Assembly (NCBI GenBank): GCA_963810385.1
Contig: CAWENA010000003.1
Span: 70,646-134,645 of the forward strand
DNA from: an uncultured Chloroflexia bacterium
GTDB lineage: Bacteria; Chloroflexota; Anaerolineae; Anaerolineales; Anaerolineaceae
Direction of reading: 5' to 3'
Length of the DNA stretch: 64,000 nt
Position numbers and translations under genes: made by a program. Of this stretch, positions 38,539 through 48,753 are shown piece after piece (the stretch's first letter is position 1; each line of letters begins with the position of its first letter). The notes below the pieces were generated by a model that was not told the origin of the DNA, searched no databases, and saw only the letters and a program-made list of their open reading frames with translations.

Positions 38539-39774
38539 TCATTTCCGCATGGCTTGATCCAGGTCGTTGAGAATATCATCAACTTCCTCAATGCCAACAG
38601 ACAGGCGGATCAATCCATCTGAGATGCCCTGGCTGATGCGGTCATCGCGGGCAACCTTGGAGTGTGTCATGCTGGCCGGGTGCTGGATGAGGGTATCCAC
38701 CATGCCGAGCGAGACAGCCAACGTTGACAACTGAACGCCATCCATCATCTTCACGCCCGCATCATAACCGCCCATCAATTCGAAGGACATCATCCCGCCG
38801 AAAGCGTACATTTGTCTGGCTGCAATGACGTGATCGGGGTAACTAACCAGACCCGGGTAATTGACCTTCGAGACTAGAGGGTGGTTTTCAAGGAATTGCG
38901 CCACCCGCATTGCATTTTCGCAGTGTCGTTCCATCCGCAAAGCAAAAGTTTTCAACCCTGTGGCAGCCAACCAGCAATCAAATGGGCTGGGGTTGCATCC
39001 GAGCGTCCGCATCATCACCGCCAGGTCGTTTTTTACAAAATCGGGATGCCGTGAAATGACCGCCCCGCCGACGACCTGGCCATGGCCTGAGAGATACTTG
39101 GTGGTGGAGTGCGCCACAACATCCGCGCCGAGGTTCAATGGACGCTGGCAGAACGGCGTTGCGAAAGTGTTATCCACAATGACCCACGCCCCTGAAGCAT
39201 GAGCAATATCGACCACAGCCTGGATATCCACAATGGCCATGCCTGGATTGGAAGGTGTTTCAACATAGGCCATCTTCGCCTGAGGATATTTTTCAAAGGC
39301 TGCCTGCCAGTTATCAGGGGTCGGATCATGCACAAAGACCGCCCGGATTCCATAAGCTGAGGCTATATTATTAATGAAAGTGAAAGTTGCCCCATATAGC
39401 TGTTCCTGGGCGATCATCGTATCACCGGATTTCAAGCAGGCGAGCAAGGTGGTGGTGATGGCAGCCATTCCGGAGGCAAAAACCATACCACCAGCCAGTG
39501 TCTCCAACGGTGTTTCGGGGTTCTTCCTGACAAGATCGAACGCTTCCAACGCGGTTATCTTTTCGGATAGCTGATCCATGTTCGGGTTGGATAGACGCGA
39601 GTAAATATGACCGGGCTGCTCCCCGCGCCAGATGGCCTGCCCTGTGGCTACATCGGGGAATGAAAAAGTCGAGGTTGGATAAATTGGCGCAGCATGCGAG
39701 TGAAAGGGGTGCGCTCCTTCGGATGAATGAATGGATATGCTGCCCAATCCATATTTTCCTGTCGATTTGATCAT
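38539..39774 (-). CDS. Cys/Met-metabolism PLP-dependent enzyme (O-acetylhomoserine sulfhydrylase / methionine gamma-lyase family)
   Basis: STTKYLSGHG PLP-lysine motif and LAVSLG..DTLIQHPASMTH. Confidence 0.85.
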   Translation of the reverse strand: MIKSTGKYGLGSISIHSSEGAHPFHSHAAPIYPTSTFSFPDVATGQAIWRGEQPGHIYSRLSNPNMDQLSEKITALEAFDLVRKNPETPLETLAGGMVFASGMAAITTTLLACLKSGDTMIAQEQLYGATFTFINNIASAYGIRAVFVHDPTPDNWQAAFEKYPQAKMAYVETPSNPGMAIVDIQAVVDIAHASGAWVIVDNTFATPFCQRPLNLGADVVAHSTTKYLSGHGQVVGGAVISRHPDFVKNDLAVMMRTLGCNPSPFDCWLAATGLKTFALRMERHCENAMRVAQFLENHPLVSKVNYPGLVSYPDHVIAARQMYAFGGMMSFELMGGYDAGVKMMDGVQLSTLAVSLGMVDTLIQHPASMTHSKVARDDRISQGISDGLIRLSVGIEEVDDILNDLDQAMRK

Positions 39775-39918
39775 TTTTCCTCCAGTTCGTTTGATACTTC
39801 ATTATAATATTCCGCACTAAAATTGGATTGAAGATTCTCCAAAGTGCATCATGGTATAATGCTCTTGTTATTCAGAAATTAAGATAAAATTACTCCGATT
39901 TGGAAAAAAACAACGAAA

Positions 39919-41703
39919 ATGACATCACTTGATCTAACATTTTTACATGCACCATCTGTGTATGACTTCAGGCGCGAATCCATCCTTTATGGTCCTGTTA
40001 GCGATCTGGTTCCCTCCACCCCGGTGTTCGAGATGTATCCCATCGGCTTTACAACAATGGCGGAATACCTGGAACGCAACGGACTGCGCTGCCGCATCGT
40101 AAACCTGGCTGTCCGCATGCTGGATGATGTGCATTTCGACGTGGAGAAAAATATCTCCAAATTGAATTCTGCTGCTTTCGGAATTGACTTGCACTGGATG
40201 CCGCACGCCCACGGGTCGATCGAAGTGGCAAAGATCGTCAAAAGGATCCATCCTGACCGGCCGATCATTTTTGGCGGGTTTTCCTCCACATATTATCATG
40301 AAGAATTGATCCGCTACCCCGCTGTGGATTTTGTGATGCGGGGCGATTCTACAGAAAAACCCATGTTGCTTTGGATGCAGTATATCCGCTCGGGCGGCAA
40401 GCCGCACCCATCACCGCAATCAGTGGAAGCCCTGGAGTTGGAAAAGGTTCCCAACCTGGTGTGGAAGGATTCCGAGAATGGGGTGCACGTCAACCCGATC
40501 ACGTACAGCCCGGAAAACCTGGACGGCATCTTATTGGATTACTCGGGAGTATTGAAATCCGTTGTCCGATACCGCGACCTGGCCAGTTATATCCCATTCA
40601 GGGCGTGGATGCGTTATCCCATCACCGCCGCGCTCACCGTTCGGGGCTGCCGTTACAACTGCCTAACCTGCGGCGGAGGATGCAGTGCTTTCAAAAATCT
40701 GCATAACCGCGAGCGCCCCGCTTATCGAAAACCGGAAGACCTCGCGAATGACATTCGGCGCATTGGCTCTTTTAGCAGTGGCCCCGTGATGGTGCTGGGC
40801 GATATTCGCCAACCTGGCGAAGATTATGCCAACCGGTTCATGGATGCCATATCCGGCTATAAAAAGCCGATCTTCTTCGAATTTTTTGACGCTGCCCCCA
40901 AGGATTTTTATCAGCGTCTTGCCCGGGCTGTCCCCAATTTTGTCATAGAGATCTCGATGGAATCGCACGATGAAAAGGTGCGGCGGGCATTTGGCCGTCC
41001 ATACTCCAACCAGGAAGTAGAACAATCTATCAATGATGCATTGGATGCAGGTTGTCAACGGCTTGACCTGTTCTTTATGGTTGGCTTGAAAGAACAGACC
41101 TACGATAACGTCATGGAGACGGTGGATTACTCCAAAAAAATGCTGGAGACGTACTCATCCGGCGGCGAACACAGGGTGATCCCGTTCATTTCACCATTGG
41201 CGCCATTCCTTGATCCTGGAAGCCGGGCATTTGAAGAACCCGAAAAACATGGATACAAGCTGTTTGCCCGTACACTTGAAGAGCACCGGCAAAAGTTATT
41301 GGAACCCAGTTGGAAATACGTGCTGAATTACGAGACCCAGTGGATGAATCGGGACCAGATCGTGGATGCCACATACGAAGCCGGCAGGCGCCTGAACCAG
41401 ATCAAAGGGGAAAATGGCGTCATCAGCAGCGAAAAAGCGGCAGCCACAGAGATCCGGATTGACCGCGCGGTCAAATTGATGAGCGAAATTGACGAAGTCA
41501 TGCTGATATCAGACGTGGATGACCGAAAACGAAAATTAACCGAGCTAAAACACCACGTGGATAATTCAAATGAAAGCACCGTTGTGGATAAGCGCGAGCT
41601 GGAAGCCCCGATCAAAGGCATGAAGATCAATTTCTTGCGTGCGGCTGGTGTGGTAATGCAGGAGTGGTGGAAAGACGCCACTAGATCGACACCGGATGGA
41701 TAA
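39919..41703 (+). CDS. B12-binding-domain / radical SAM protein
   Basis: The N-terminal region resembles a cobalamin-binding domain. CRYNCLTC (CxxxCxxC) sits in VRGCRYNCLTCGG. Confidence 0.75.
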   Translation: MTSLDLTFLHAPSVYDFRRESILYGPVSDLVPSTPVFEMYPIGFTTMAEYLERNGLRCRIVNLAVRMLDDVHFDVEKNISKLNSAAFGIDLHWMPHAHGSIEVAKIVKRIHPDRPIIFGGFSSTYYHEELIRYPAVDFVMRGDSTEKPMLLWMQYIRSGGKPHPSPQSVEALELEKVPNLVWKDSENGVHVNPITYSPENLDGILLDYSGVLKSVVRYRDLASYIPFRAWMRYPITAALTVRGCRYNCLTCGGGCSAFKNLHNRERPAYRKPEDLANDIRRIGSFSSGPVMVLGDIRQPGEDYANRFMDAISGYKKPIFFEFFDAAPKDFYQRLARAVPNFVIEISMESHDEKVRRAFGRPYSNQEVEQSINDALDAGCQRLDLFFMVGLKEQTYDNVMETVDYSKKMLETYSSGGEHRVIPFISPLAPFLDPGSRAFEEPEKHGYKLFARTLEEHRQKLLEPSWKYVLNYETQWMNRDQIVDATYEAGRRLNQIKGENGVISSEKAAATEIRIDRAVKLMSEIDEVMLISDVDDRKRKLTELKHHVDNSNESTVVDKRELEAPIKGMKINFLRAAGVVMQEWWKDATRSTPDG

Positions 41704-41754
41704 CCCCATTCTGGGATAATCAACCCCTGGCAATGAATACTCTTAGACTTCACC

Positions 41755-41781
41755 CTCACCGGACCGGTGAGTGTTTTTCTT
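41755..41781 (+). terminator. Rho-independent terminator candidate
   Basis: CTCACCGG-A-CCGGTGAG palindrome followed by TGTTTTTCTT. Confidence 0.7.
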
Positions 41782-41981
41782 CCATAATTTGAAAAAGCAC
41801 TCTAATACCTTCCTTTGTTGACCACTTGACAGTATCCAAAATATGCAAGTCGTAATTAAAGACAAACCACATCCCTACAAAATTGTTGAATATATCTGGC
41901 TGATGGAATTAATGCTTGTAATGTGACTGCGGATGTAATAATATTATTAGGCAAACGATTTCCAGGAAAGTGTAAAAACAT

Positions 41982-42416
41982 ATGATCAAAGAGTTCAAAG
42001 CATTCATTATGCGGGGTAATGTACTTGACCTGGCGGTTGCTGTCATCATCGGCGGCGCTTTTGGCAGCATCATCACATCCCTGGTCAATGACATTATCAT
42101 GCCGCCAATTGGATTACTGCTAGGCAAGGTGGATTTTGCCAAATTATTCATAAACATTTCAGGGAAGGATTACGCCTCCCTGGCAGATGCACAGGCAGCG
42201 GGGGCCGCGACAATAAACTACGGGTTGTTTCTAAATACGATCGTCAATTTCTTAATCGTTGGATTTGTCATTTTTCTCGTTGTGAGAACTTCCAATAAAC
42301 TAAAACAACCTGAACCAGCAACGGTTCCAGATAAAAAAGATTGTCCGTACTGTTATACAAGCATCCCCATTAAAGCCACGCGCTGCCCGAATTGCACTTC
42401 AGAACTTTCAAAATAA
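41982..42416 (+). CDS. mscL: Large-conductance mechanosensitive channel with an extra C-terminal CxxC..CxxC tail
   Basis: [31 protein letters not shown] is canonical MscL. The tail reads CPYC...CPNC. Confidence 0.9.
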   Translation: MIKEFKAFIMRGNVLDLAVAVIIGGAFGSIITSLVNDIIMPPIGLLLGKVDFAKLFINISGKDYASLADAQAAGAATINYGLFLNTIVNFLIVGFVIFLVVRTSNKLKQPEPATVPDKKDCPYCYTSIPIKATRCPNCTSELSK

Positions 42417-42446
42417 TCGTCAAATGAAATCATAGGATGGATCAAC

Positions 42447-42641
42447 ATGGATGAATTAATAAAAATTGTTGCTGCAAAAGCGGGGATATCTGAAGAGGCT
42501 GCAAGAAAAGCAATTGAAGCTATAGTTGGTTTCTTAAAGCAGAAGCTTCCAGCCCAGGTGTATTATCAAATGGAAAATGTGATCACAGGCGGCATTACCA
42601 AGGATCTCTCTAATTCGATCGGTGGGATGCTGAAGAAGTAA
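42447..42641 (+). CDS. Small hypothetical protein (64 aa)
   Basis: ORF with a plausible RBS and helical, protein-like composition. No family recognised. Confidence 0.45.
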   Translation: MDELIKIVAAKAGISEEAARKAIEAIVGFLKQKLPAQVYYQMENVITGGITKDLSNSIGGMLKK

Positions 42642-42765
42642 GCATAAAAAAGTTACTGAAGCGGTATTATATTCCACGCTTAACACCTTTTTTACATAAT
42701 CCTTATATTTTCCTTATATCCTATACCTTATACTTTGGTATCTATCCGTTCAAGATAGATATTTT

Positions 42766-45195
42766 ATGGACGCGATACAAGTATATGGATTAATCTCATA
42801 CCTTTCTGCCGCCGTTTCGGTAGTGATTATTTTTATTGCCCTCGGCCGAAAATCATCACCCGGCGCCATCCCATTAGCATGGTTGATGGCGGCTGTTGCT
42901 GTGTGGTGCGTAGCCCTTGCTCTGGAAATGCGATCTACTACAATTATTACCAAAGTATTCTGGAGTCAAGTCAGTTATATCGGGGCTATGACGTCACCAG
43001 CATTATATCTTTGGTTTGCCACCCGGTATCATAACGAGTCGATCAATAAATGGCTGCGCCCATTCATTATTGGCGTTCCTATTGCCGGAATCGTGGCCGC
43101 CTTTACGAATGAATTCCATTTTCTTTTATGGCCAGCATATCACCTTAATCCCGTAACCAATGTTATGGTCTATGAACATGGACCAGTATTCTGGATATTG
43201 ATCCCAATCATTTATCTCTTCTTACTGGTTGGGATTCTCCGATTTGTCGTCTCGCTCTTTAATCAGGATCAATTTTATAGAAATCAAGTATTAATATTTC
43301 TCGGCGCTTCAGTGTTTCCGATCGTTGCTAATCTGCTTTATATCTCCGATAAAAATCCATTGCCAGGTTTTGAAATCACACCCATTGGATTCACAATTAC
43401 AGGGTTATTTCTCACCTGGGGATTATTTCAGTACAAATTCCTGGATATTGTTCCGCTGGGGAGGAATGCCGTTCTTGAAAATCTACCAGATGCAGTATTC
43501 ATCGTAGATTCGCGGGATAGAATCCTGGATGTTAATGGTGCAGCTTTAAATATCCTTGGTTTGGATAAAAAGCCCGATGTGGGAAGTTATATAAAGCAGT
43601 ATTTTCAGGAAGAAAATACTCCACTGGTTAATTTGCCACAGGAGCACAACGGCGGCATTTCTGAGGTGAAGATAAAAAATAAGACCCTGGAAATACGGCG
43701 AACCAATATTTATGACCACGATCAAAAGATAGCAGGTTATTCATTGTTGATTTCGGATACCACCACCCGAAAAAACGCAGTAAACGCCATCCGCGAAAGT
43801 GAAGAAAAATCCCGCTTGCTGCTTGAAAATGCATCCTTTCCGCTCATTATCTGTGACCTGATCTCAGGGTCACTGATATACCAGAATAAATGGGCAACGG
43901 ACTTACTCCATCATCCCTCAAATGGCAGTTCGAATGTTACGCTTGCCTCCCTGTTTTGTGATCCATCCGAGTATAAAAGGCTTACAACGATCGTCATGAA
44001 GAATCGGATTGTGACTGATTATGAAACACAGATATTTGCTTCACCGAATAAAAAAATCTGGGTACTTACATCTGCAAATATTATTCCCTATGCCAATGAC
44101 GAAGCCATCCTGGTGTCCTTCAATGACATCACCTCAAGAAAGCTGATGGAAGGGGCCGAAAAGGAACAGCGGTATTTTAATGAAGCCATGATCGACAGCG
44201 CCTCCGCTTTGAACAGCACACTGAAATTCGATGAGGTTCTTGATCGGATACTCAACAACCTGGGCAAAGTGATTCCACATGATGTGAGCAACATTATGCT
44301 CGTTACAGAAAACGGAGATGTCAAAATTGTTCGTGCGCATGGTTATGATGCAAAAGGATTGGAAAGCCTGTTTCAACATGGCGATCTCACCGTTGCTGAA
44401 ACCCCTTATCTACTGAAAATGGCAATGACCAGCCAACCCATCGTGATTTCAGATACTCACGCCGATCAGGGCTGGGTTAACCTTCCCGGAATGGAGAGAA
44501 CCCGATCTTTCCTGGGGGCTCCAATTTTGGTAAAGGAGAAGGTTATGGGGTACCTGAATGTGGAAAGCTTCCAGCCGCATGACTATAACAAAAACCAGGG
44601 CAGAAGGTTGATGGCTTTTGCAAATCAGGCAGCGATTGCCATTGAAAATGCCCGTTTGTTTGAAAAACTTGAACAGATGGCCGTGGTGGATACTTTGACT
44701 GGCCTCTACACGAGGCGGCAGTTCTTTGAGCTGGGTGGCAAAGAAATTGAACGCGCCAGAAGGTATGGCAGCCCACTATCATTATTAATGATCGACCTGG
44801 ATCATTTCAAACAGATCAATGATACCTATGGACATGCAGTTGGGGATCAAATTTTGTATGAAGTATGTGCGGTAATCGCATCAACTCTACGCAAGATTGA
44901 TATACCGGGGCGCATCGGCGGTGAAGAGTTTGTAGTCTTACTCCCCGAAACCAATCAGCAAAATGGATTGATCGTGGCTGAACGATTGCGGACGGCCATT
45001 TCAAAAATTAAACTGACCATGGAAAATCTTGTGATCGATGATGTGACAGCTAGCTTTGGCCTCTCCACACTCGTCGATTCTCACAAGGACCTTCAGGCGC
45101 TGATCACATCCGCTGATATTGCCATGTATGCTGCGAAAGAAAATGGACGAAACAGGGTGGAAATTGCTGCCCCTTTAGCGCCCAATCCCAGTTGA
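42766..45195 (+). CDS. Membrane sensor diguanylate cyclase (7TM N-terminal region, PAS, GAF, GGDEF)
   Basis: Multiple N-terminal TM helices, a GAF-like region, and a GGDEF domain with the GGEEF active site and an RxxD-like site. Confidence 0.9.
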   Translation: MDAIQVYGLISYLSAAVSVVIIFIALGRKSSPGAIPLAWLMAAVAVWCVALALEMRSTTIITKVFWSQVSYIGAMTSPALYLWFATRYHNESINKWLRPFIIGVPIAGIVAAFTNEFHFLLWPAYHLNPVTNVMVYEHGPVFWILIPIIYLFLLVGILRFVVSLFNQDQFYRNQVLIFLGASVFPIVANLLYISDKNPLPGFEITPIGFTITGLFLTWGLFQYKFLDIVPLGRNAVLENLPDAVFIVDSRDRILDVNGAALNILGLDKKPDVGSYIKQYFQEENTPLVNLPQEHNGGISEVKIKNKTLEIRRTNIYDHDQKIAGYSLLISDTTTRKNAVNAIRESEEKSRLLLENASFPLIICDLISGSLIYQNKWATDLLHHPSNGSSNVTLASLFCDPSEYKRLTTIVMKNRIVTDYETQIFASPNKKIWVLTSANIIPYANDEAILVSFNDITSRKLMEGAEKEQRYFNEAMIDSASALNSTLKFDEVLDRILNNLGKVIPHDVSNIMLVTENGDVKIVRAHGYDAKGLESLFQHGDLTVAETPYLLKMAMTSQPIVISDTHADQGWVNLPGMERTRSFLGAPILVKEKVMGYLNVESFQPHDYNKNQGRRLMAFANQAAIAIENARLFEKLEQMAVVDTLTGLYTRRQFFELGGKEIERARRYGSPLSLLMIDLDHFKQINDTYGHAVGDQILYEVCAVIASTLRKIDIPGRIGGEEFVVLLPETNQQNGLIVAERLRTAISKIKLTMENLVIDDVTASFGLSTLVDSHKDLQALITSADIAMYAAKENGRNRVEIAAPLAPNPS

Positions 45196-45267
45196 ATAAT
45201 CAACATAACATAATACAATTATCTCGAAATAAGGCTAAAATATAAGTAACGTTTCGGGAGGTTTGAC

Positions 45268-45657
45268 GTGTCCACAAAAACAATAGTTCAAAAAATGCTT
45301 GTAAAGCCGGGTTTTGGTCTCCTGATCATTAATCCGCCGAAAGGATACCTTGACACCATTGGGGATCTTCCCGATGGCGCATACCTGGTTGAATCCAAAA
45401 CCGCCCCAGCTGATATGATTCAAGTTTTTATTAAATCACAGGCAGAGGTTGATCTAAATTTGGAAAATTGGTTACAACGGATTAAATCAACCGGCATCAT
45501 TTGGCTCACCTATCCAAAGCTTTCCTCCGGCGTGAAAACAGATTTGAATCGGGATATTCTATGGAAGCTAGTAAAATCACATGGGTTCGATGCTGTGTCA
45601 ATGATCGCCATCGATGAAACCTGGTCCGCGATGCGGCTAAAAAATCTTAACTCATAA
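45268..45657 (+). CDS. Hypothetical protein (DUF3052-like)
   Basis: GTG start with GGGAGG upstream. The pattern IIWLTYPK ... DETWSAMRL resembles DUF3052; weak evidence. Confidence 0.5.
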   Translation: MSTKTIVQKMLVKPGFGLLIINPPKGYLDTIGDLPDGAYLVESKTAPADMIQVFIKSQAEVDLNLENWLQRIKSTGIIWLTYPKLSSGVKTDLNRDILWKLVKSHGFDAVSMIAIDETWSAMRLKNLNS

Positions 45658-45668
45658 AGGTATTCACC

Positions 45669-46706
45669 ATGTCTTTGAAATCAGAAATCTTTGATCAACC
45701 ATTTAGCATTCAGCGCATCCTCATAGAACAAAAAACGAAAATTAAGGATATTGCCAGGGAAATCAAGAAAAAGGATCCGAGTTATGTATTTCTAACAGCC
45801 AGGGGCACATCCGATAACGCTGGCAGGTACGCCAATTACCTGTGGGGAGCAAAAAATCAACTTCCACTTGCCCTTGCGACTCCATCCCTGTTTTCTATAT
45901 ACAATCAACCGCCGAACCTGCGGAATGCGCTGGTCGTATCTGTTTCTCAATCCGGTCAATCACCTGATATCGTGAGTGTGGTGGCTGAGGGGAAGAAACA
46001 GGGTTGTATGACGGTTGCCATTACAAACGAGCCCGAGTCGCCTTTAGGATCCATCTCTGAACATGTGATCGATATCTCAGCCGGGGTGGAAACATCCACT
46101 GCTGCAACAAAAACTTACACGAATGAATTGATGGCCATCGCTATGATTTCAGCAGCATTAGCAGATGACGCCAGGCAATGGGAGGAATTGGAAATGGTGA
46201 GCGGCTGGGCAGACAAAGTGCTGCAGCAGGATGCCAACATCCACAACCTATCCTTGCGATACCGTTATATGCAGCGCTGCGTGGTCCTTGGGCGTGGATA
46301 CAATTATTGCACTGCCTTTGAGTGGTCGCTGAAGATGAAAGAAATGTCTTATACTGTTGCTGAGCCGTATTCCTCAGCCGACTTCCTGCATGGACCGATT
46401 GCCATGATGGAAACAGGATTCCCGGTAATGGGAGTGCTGCCTTCCGGGGCCGTCTTCTCAACGTTGTATGATACGCTGCACAAGATCCGAAAAGAACAAA
46501 ATGTCGAGCTGGCCATCATCTCGGATTCAGAAAAAGCGCTGGATTTGGCGCAATCACCAATACCTCTACCTGCCGGAATTTCGGAATGGCTTTCTCCGAT
46601 CATTAGTATCATCCCTGCGCAGCTCTTTTGCTATCACCTCACCAACCATAAAGGATTGAATGCAGAGAATCCCCGTAATATCACGAAGGTGACCGAAACC
46701 AACTAG
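45669..46706 (+). CDS. SIS-domain sugar isomerase / aminotransferase-like protein (GlmS isomerase-half or AgaS-like)
   Basis: Two SIS repeats (ARGTSDNA, VSQSGQSPD). No glutaminase domain. Confidence 0.8.
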   Translation: MSLKSEIFDQPFSIQRILIEQKTKIKDIAREIKKKDPSYVFLTARGTSDNAGRYANYLWGAKNQLPLALATPSLFSIYNQPPNLRNALVVSVSQSGQSPDIVSVVAEGKKQGCMTVAITNEPESPLGSISEHVIDISAGVETSTAATKTYTNELMAIAMISAALADDARQWEELEMVSGWADKVLQQDANIHNLSLRYRYMQRCVVLGRGYNYCTAFEWSLKMKEMSYTVAEPYSSADFLHGPIAMMETGFPVMGVLPSGAVFSTLYDTLHKIRKEQNVELAIISDSEKALDLAQSPIPLPAGISEWLSPIISIIPAQLFCYHLTNHKGLNAENPRNITKVTETN

Positions 46707-46867
46707 TGTTTTTTCAGATTACATCGATTCACTAAATGGAGAGTGTGTTATTATCCGGTATTAATTGATATTAATCCATCTTTTATGGATTAAGACAATA
46801 TTTCTGTTATGATAAATATACTAACCAAATATTAACTATCAGAATCCTGATCAATATATTTACAACG

Positions 46868-46889
46868 CCGCCCAGGATAGGGCGGTTTT
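46868..46889 (+). terminator. Small GC hairpin plus T4, upstream of the CBS gene
   Basis: CCGCCC-AGGATA-GGGCGG followed by TTTT. It could terminate the SIS gene or attenuate the CBS gene. Confidence 0.35.
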
Positions 46890-46905
46890 GTGGTTAAGAG
46901 GCAAA

Positions 46906-47337
46906 ATGGATAAACTCATTTCAAGTCTGATCAAAGGGAAAAACAAACTCTATTCCATCGCACCCGAAACGACGGTCTATGCTGCGCTTGAACTTATGGC
47001 GGAAAAGAACGTTGGTTTTTTGGTGGTTCTGGATGGAGAAACCATGAAAGGTGTTGTTTCAGAAAGAGACATCGCCCGTAAGGTGGATCTATTGAATAAA
47101 AACTCCCGAACAACCGCAATCCGCGAGATCATGGTCCGGGAAGTCGAAACCATATTGCCCACTCAAACCTATGATGAAGCCATGTCTATCATGGCGGCAA
47201 AACACATCCGGCACTTGCCGGTCGTTGACGAAGGTCGGGTTTTAACAGTCATTTCTATGGGAGATGTCGTCAAAGCCTGTATGAGGAATCAGAAAGAAAC
47301 AATAGAATTCTTGCAGGATATTGCGCTGGATAAGTAA
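46906..47337 (+). CDS. CBS-domain pair protein
   Basis: Two CBS repeats (FLVVLDGE, HLPVVDEGRV). ATG with AAGAGG upstream. Confidence 0.8.
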   Translation: MDKLISSLIKGKNKLYSIAPETTVYAALELMAEKNVGFLVVLDGETMKGVVSERDIARKVDLLNKNSRTTAIREIMVREVETILPTQTYDEAMSIMAAKHIRHLPVVDEGRVLTVISMGDVVKACMRNQKETIEFLQDIALDK

Positions 47338-47359
47338 ATTGTGATTTGCAGAAACAGTA

Positions 47360-48244
47360 TTAATAACGGAAATCGTATATACCATTCACAATTGGCCAAG
47401 GCTTGTTACATATTGCGCAAACCAGCTCAGCCGGTTTTTCGTTTAGTTCCCGACTTCCGCAGATTGGACATTGAAAGAAACCGGTAACAGGAGATGATGC
47501 GGTCCCCTCTTTTCGTGATCTAACAAAAACGCTTGGCGTCAATTGCCAGAGATCTCCTGTAAGTTGGAAGTCTGAATCCAGATGGATCAGGACGGAAAGC
47601 GGTATCAAACGCTTAAAAATAGGAGAGCGCAGGTGAGATACCGTCAGTTGCCTTTCAATATTGAAACCTGCTTTTTCCAGCCAGCTTCTCACTGCGCGCG
47701 GATGAAAATCGAAATTTAATGCTGTAAATTCAACCGGCTCAAGCGCAAACGGATTCCAGCTCTGCTTTTTTAAGAAATAGCGCAGGATCGCTTTTAAATT
47801 TTGTTTATTTGCATATTCAAGGATGAATGTCGCACCCGGTTCGATAACGCGTTCAACCTGTTTCAGTGCCTTCGGGGCATCCGCCATGTGGTGCAATGTG
47901 CGGATCATGGTTGCACCATCAAAAAGATTGTCCACAAAAGGCAAGTGATAGACATCCGCAGCGACGTAAATGTACCTCTCGCTTGTCCCCAGCCGCTCTT
48001 GCGCCTGCTCCAATTGCGTGCGGGAGTAGTCCAGAAGGACAACTTGCTTGAACCCTGCATATCTCGGGGTATTTCTGCCAGCCCCGGCACCTAATTCCAG
48101 CATCAACGCACCAGAACTTGGCAGCATCCGTTTTATGGCAACTGCTTCAACTGCATCTTCATAAGCGCGGCCACCCTGATCCCAGAAGCTGGTCTGGTAA
48201 TCAGAATCGGTGTAATCGCAAACGGGTGGAGTGTCTTTGTTCAT
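47360..48244 (-). CDS. Class I SAM-dependent methyltransferase with a C-terminal Trm112-like zinc ribbon
   Basis: LELGAGAGR motif I. The C-terminus reads CPICGS...CAICNKPWPIVNGIYDF. The start is placed at MNKDTPP; the ORF extends to 48391. Confidence 0.75.
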   Translation of the reverse strand: MNKDTPPVCDYTDSDYQTSFWDQGGRAYEDAVEAVAIKRMLPSSGALMLELGAGAGRNTPRYAGFKQVVLLDYSRTQLEQAQERLGTSERYIYVAADVYHLPFVDNLFDGATMIRTLHHMADAPKALKQVERVIEPGATFILEYANKQNLKAILRYFLKKQSWNPFALEPVEFTALNFDFHPRAVRSWLEKAGFNIERQLTVSHLRSPIFKRLIPLSVLIHLDSDFQLTGDLWQLTPSVFVRSRKEGTASSPVTGFFQCPICGSRELNEKPAELVCAICNKPWPIVNGIYDFRY

Positions 48245-48487
48245 GTGTAAAAAGTGAGTGCGGATAGGTTTCCCGGCGGCACCCGGAATGAGCTCCTTAC
48301 CGCTGCTTCCTCTCGGACCTGACGGGGTTCGAAGCGTTCCGCCGCGCCGGACCCATCCGGCACTCGCGCATAAGGATACCGTAACCGTCAAATACTGTCA
48401 ATTGGAGAAGGCGATGGCTCATGAAAAAAATTGTATAGATTCCAACGGATGTGGTAAAATCGAAAAGCTTAAGAGGTCATCACGAAT

Positions 48488-48572
48488 GGAGGGGTGGCCG
48501 AGAGGCTTAAGGCGCTTGTCTTGAAAACAAGTGTGGGGCAACCCACCGTGGGTTCGAATCCCTCCCCCTCCG
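48488..48572 (+). tRNA. tRNA-Ser (anticodon UGA)
   Basis: Folded by hand. GGAGGGG/CCCCTCC acceptor, 3-bp D stem, CTTGT/ACAAG anticodon stem with loop CU-UGA-AA, long variable arm, TTCGAAT T-loop. One T-T mismatch in the T stem. CCA is not encoded. Confidence 0.85.
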
Positions 48573-48661
48573 CTGGAAGACCGTGTCAGGAGGTTGAATA
48601 TGGGTTCTAACACCATCCTGGCGCTTGTTCCTTCCTCCTTACAAATGAATACCTCGAAATC

Positions 48662-48753
48662 GGGGAGGTGCCAGAGTGGCCGATTGGGCTCGCCTGCTAA
48701 GTGAGTGCTGGGGTGAAACTCAGCCGTGGGTTCAAATCCCACCCTCCCCGCCA
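48662..48753 (+). tRNA. tRNA-Ser (anticodon GCU), CCA encoded
   Basis: GGGGAGG/CCTCCCC acceptor, anticodon loop CU-GCU-AA, long variable arm, GTGGG-TTCAAAT-CCCAC T arm. Confidence 0.9.

Noticed and set aside
39775-39918. Possible SAM or cobalamin riboswitch in the divergent region between the PLP enzyme and the B12-radical SAM gene
   Set aside because: The region is only ~140 bp and strongly AT-rich. I could not find the conserved GC-rich helices or the B12-box expected for these riboswitches.
48488-48572. Whether the tRNA with TGA in its anticodon loop could be tRNA-Sec, which would support the selenoprotein call
   Set aside because: The anticodon reads 5'-UGA-3', which decodes UCA serine codons. 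tRNA-Sec needs 5'-UCA-3'. The acceptor stem is 7 bp rather than 8, and the fold is an ordinary class II tRNA-Ser.
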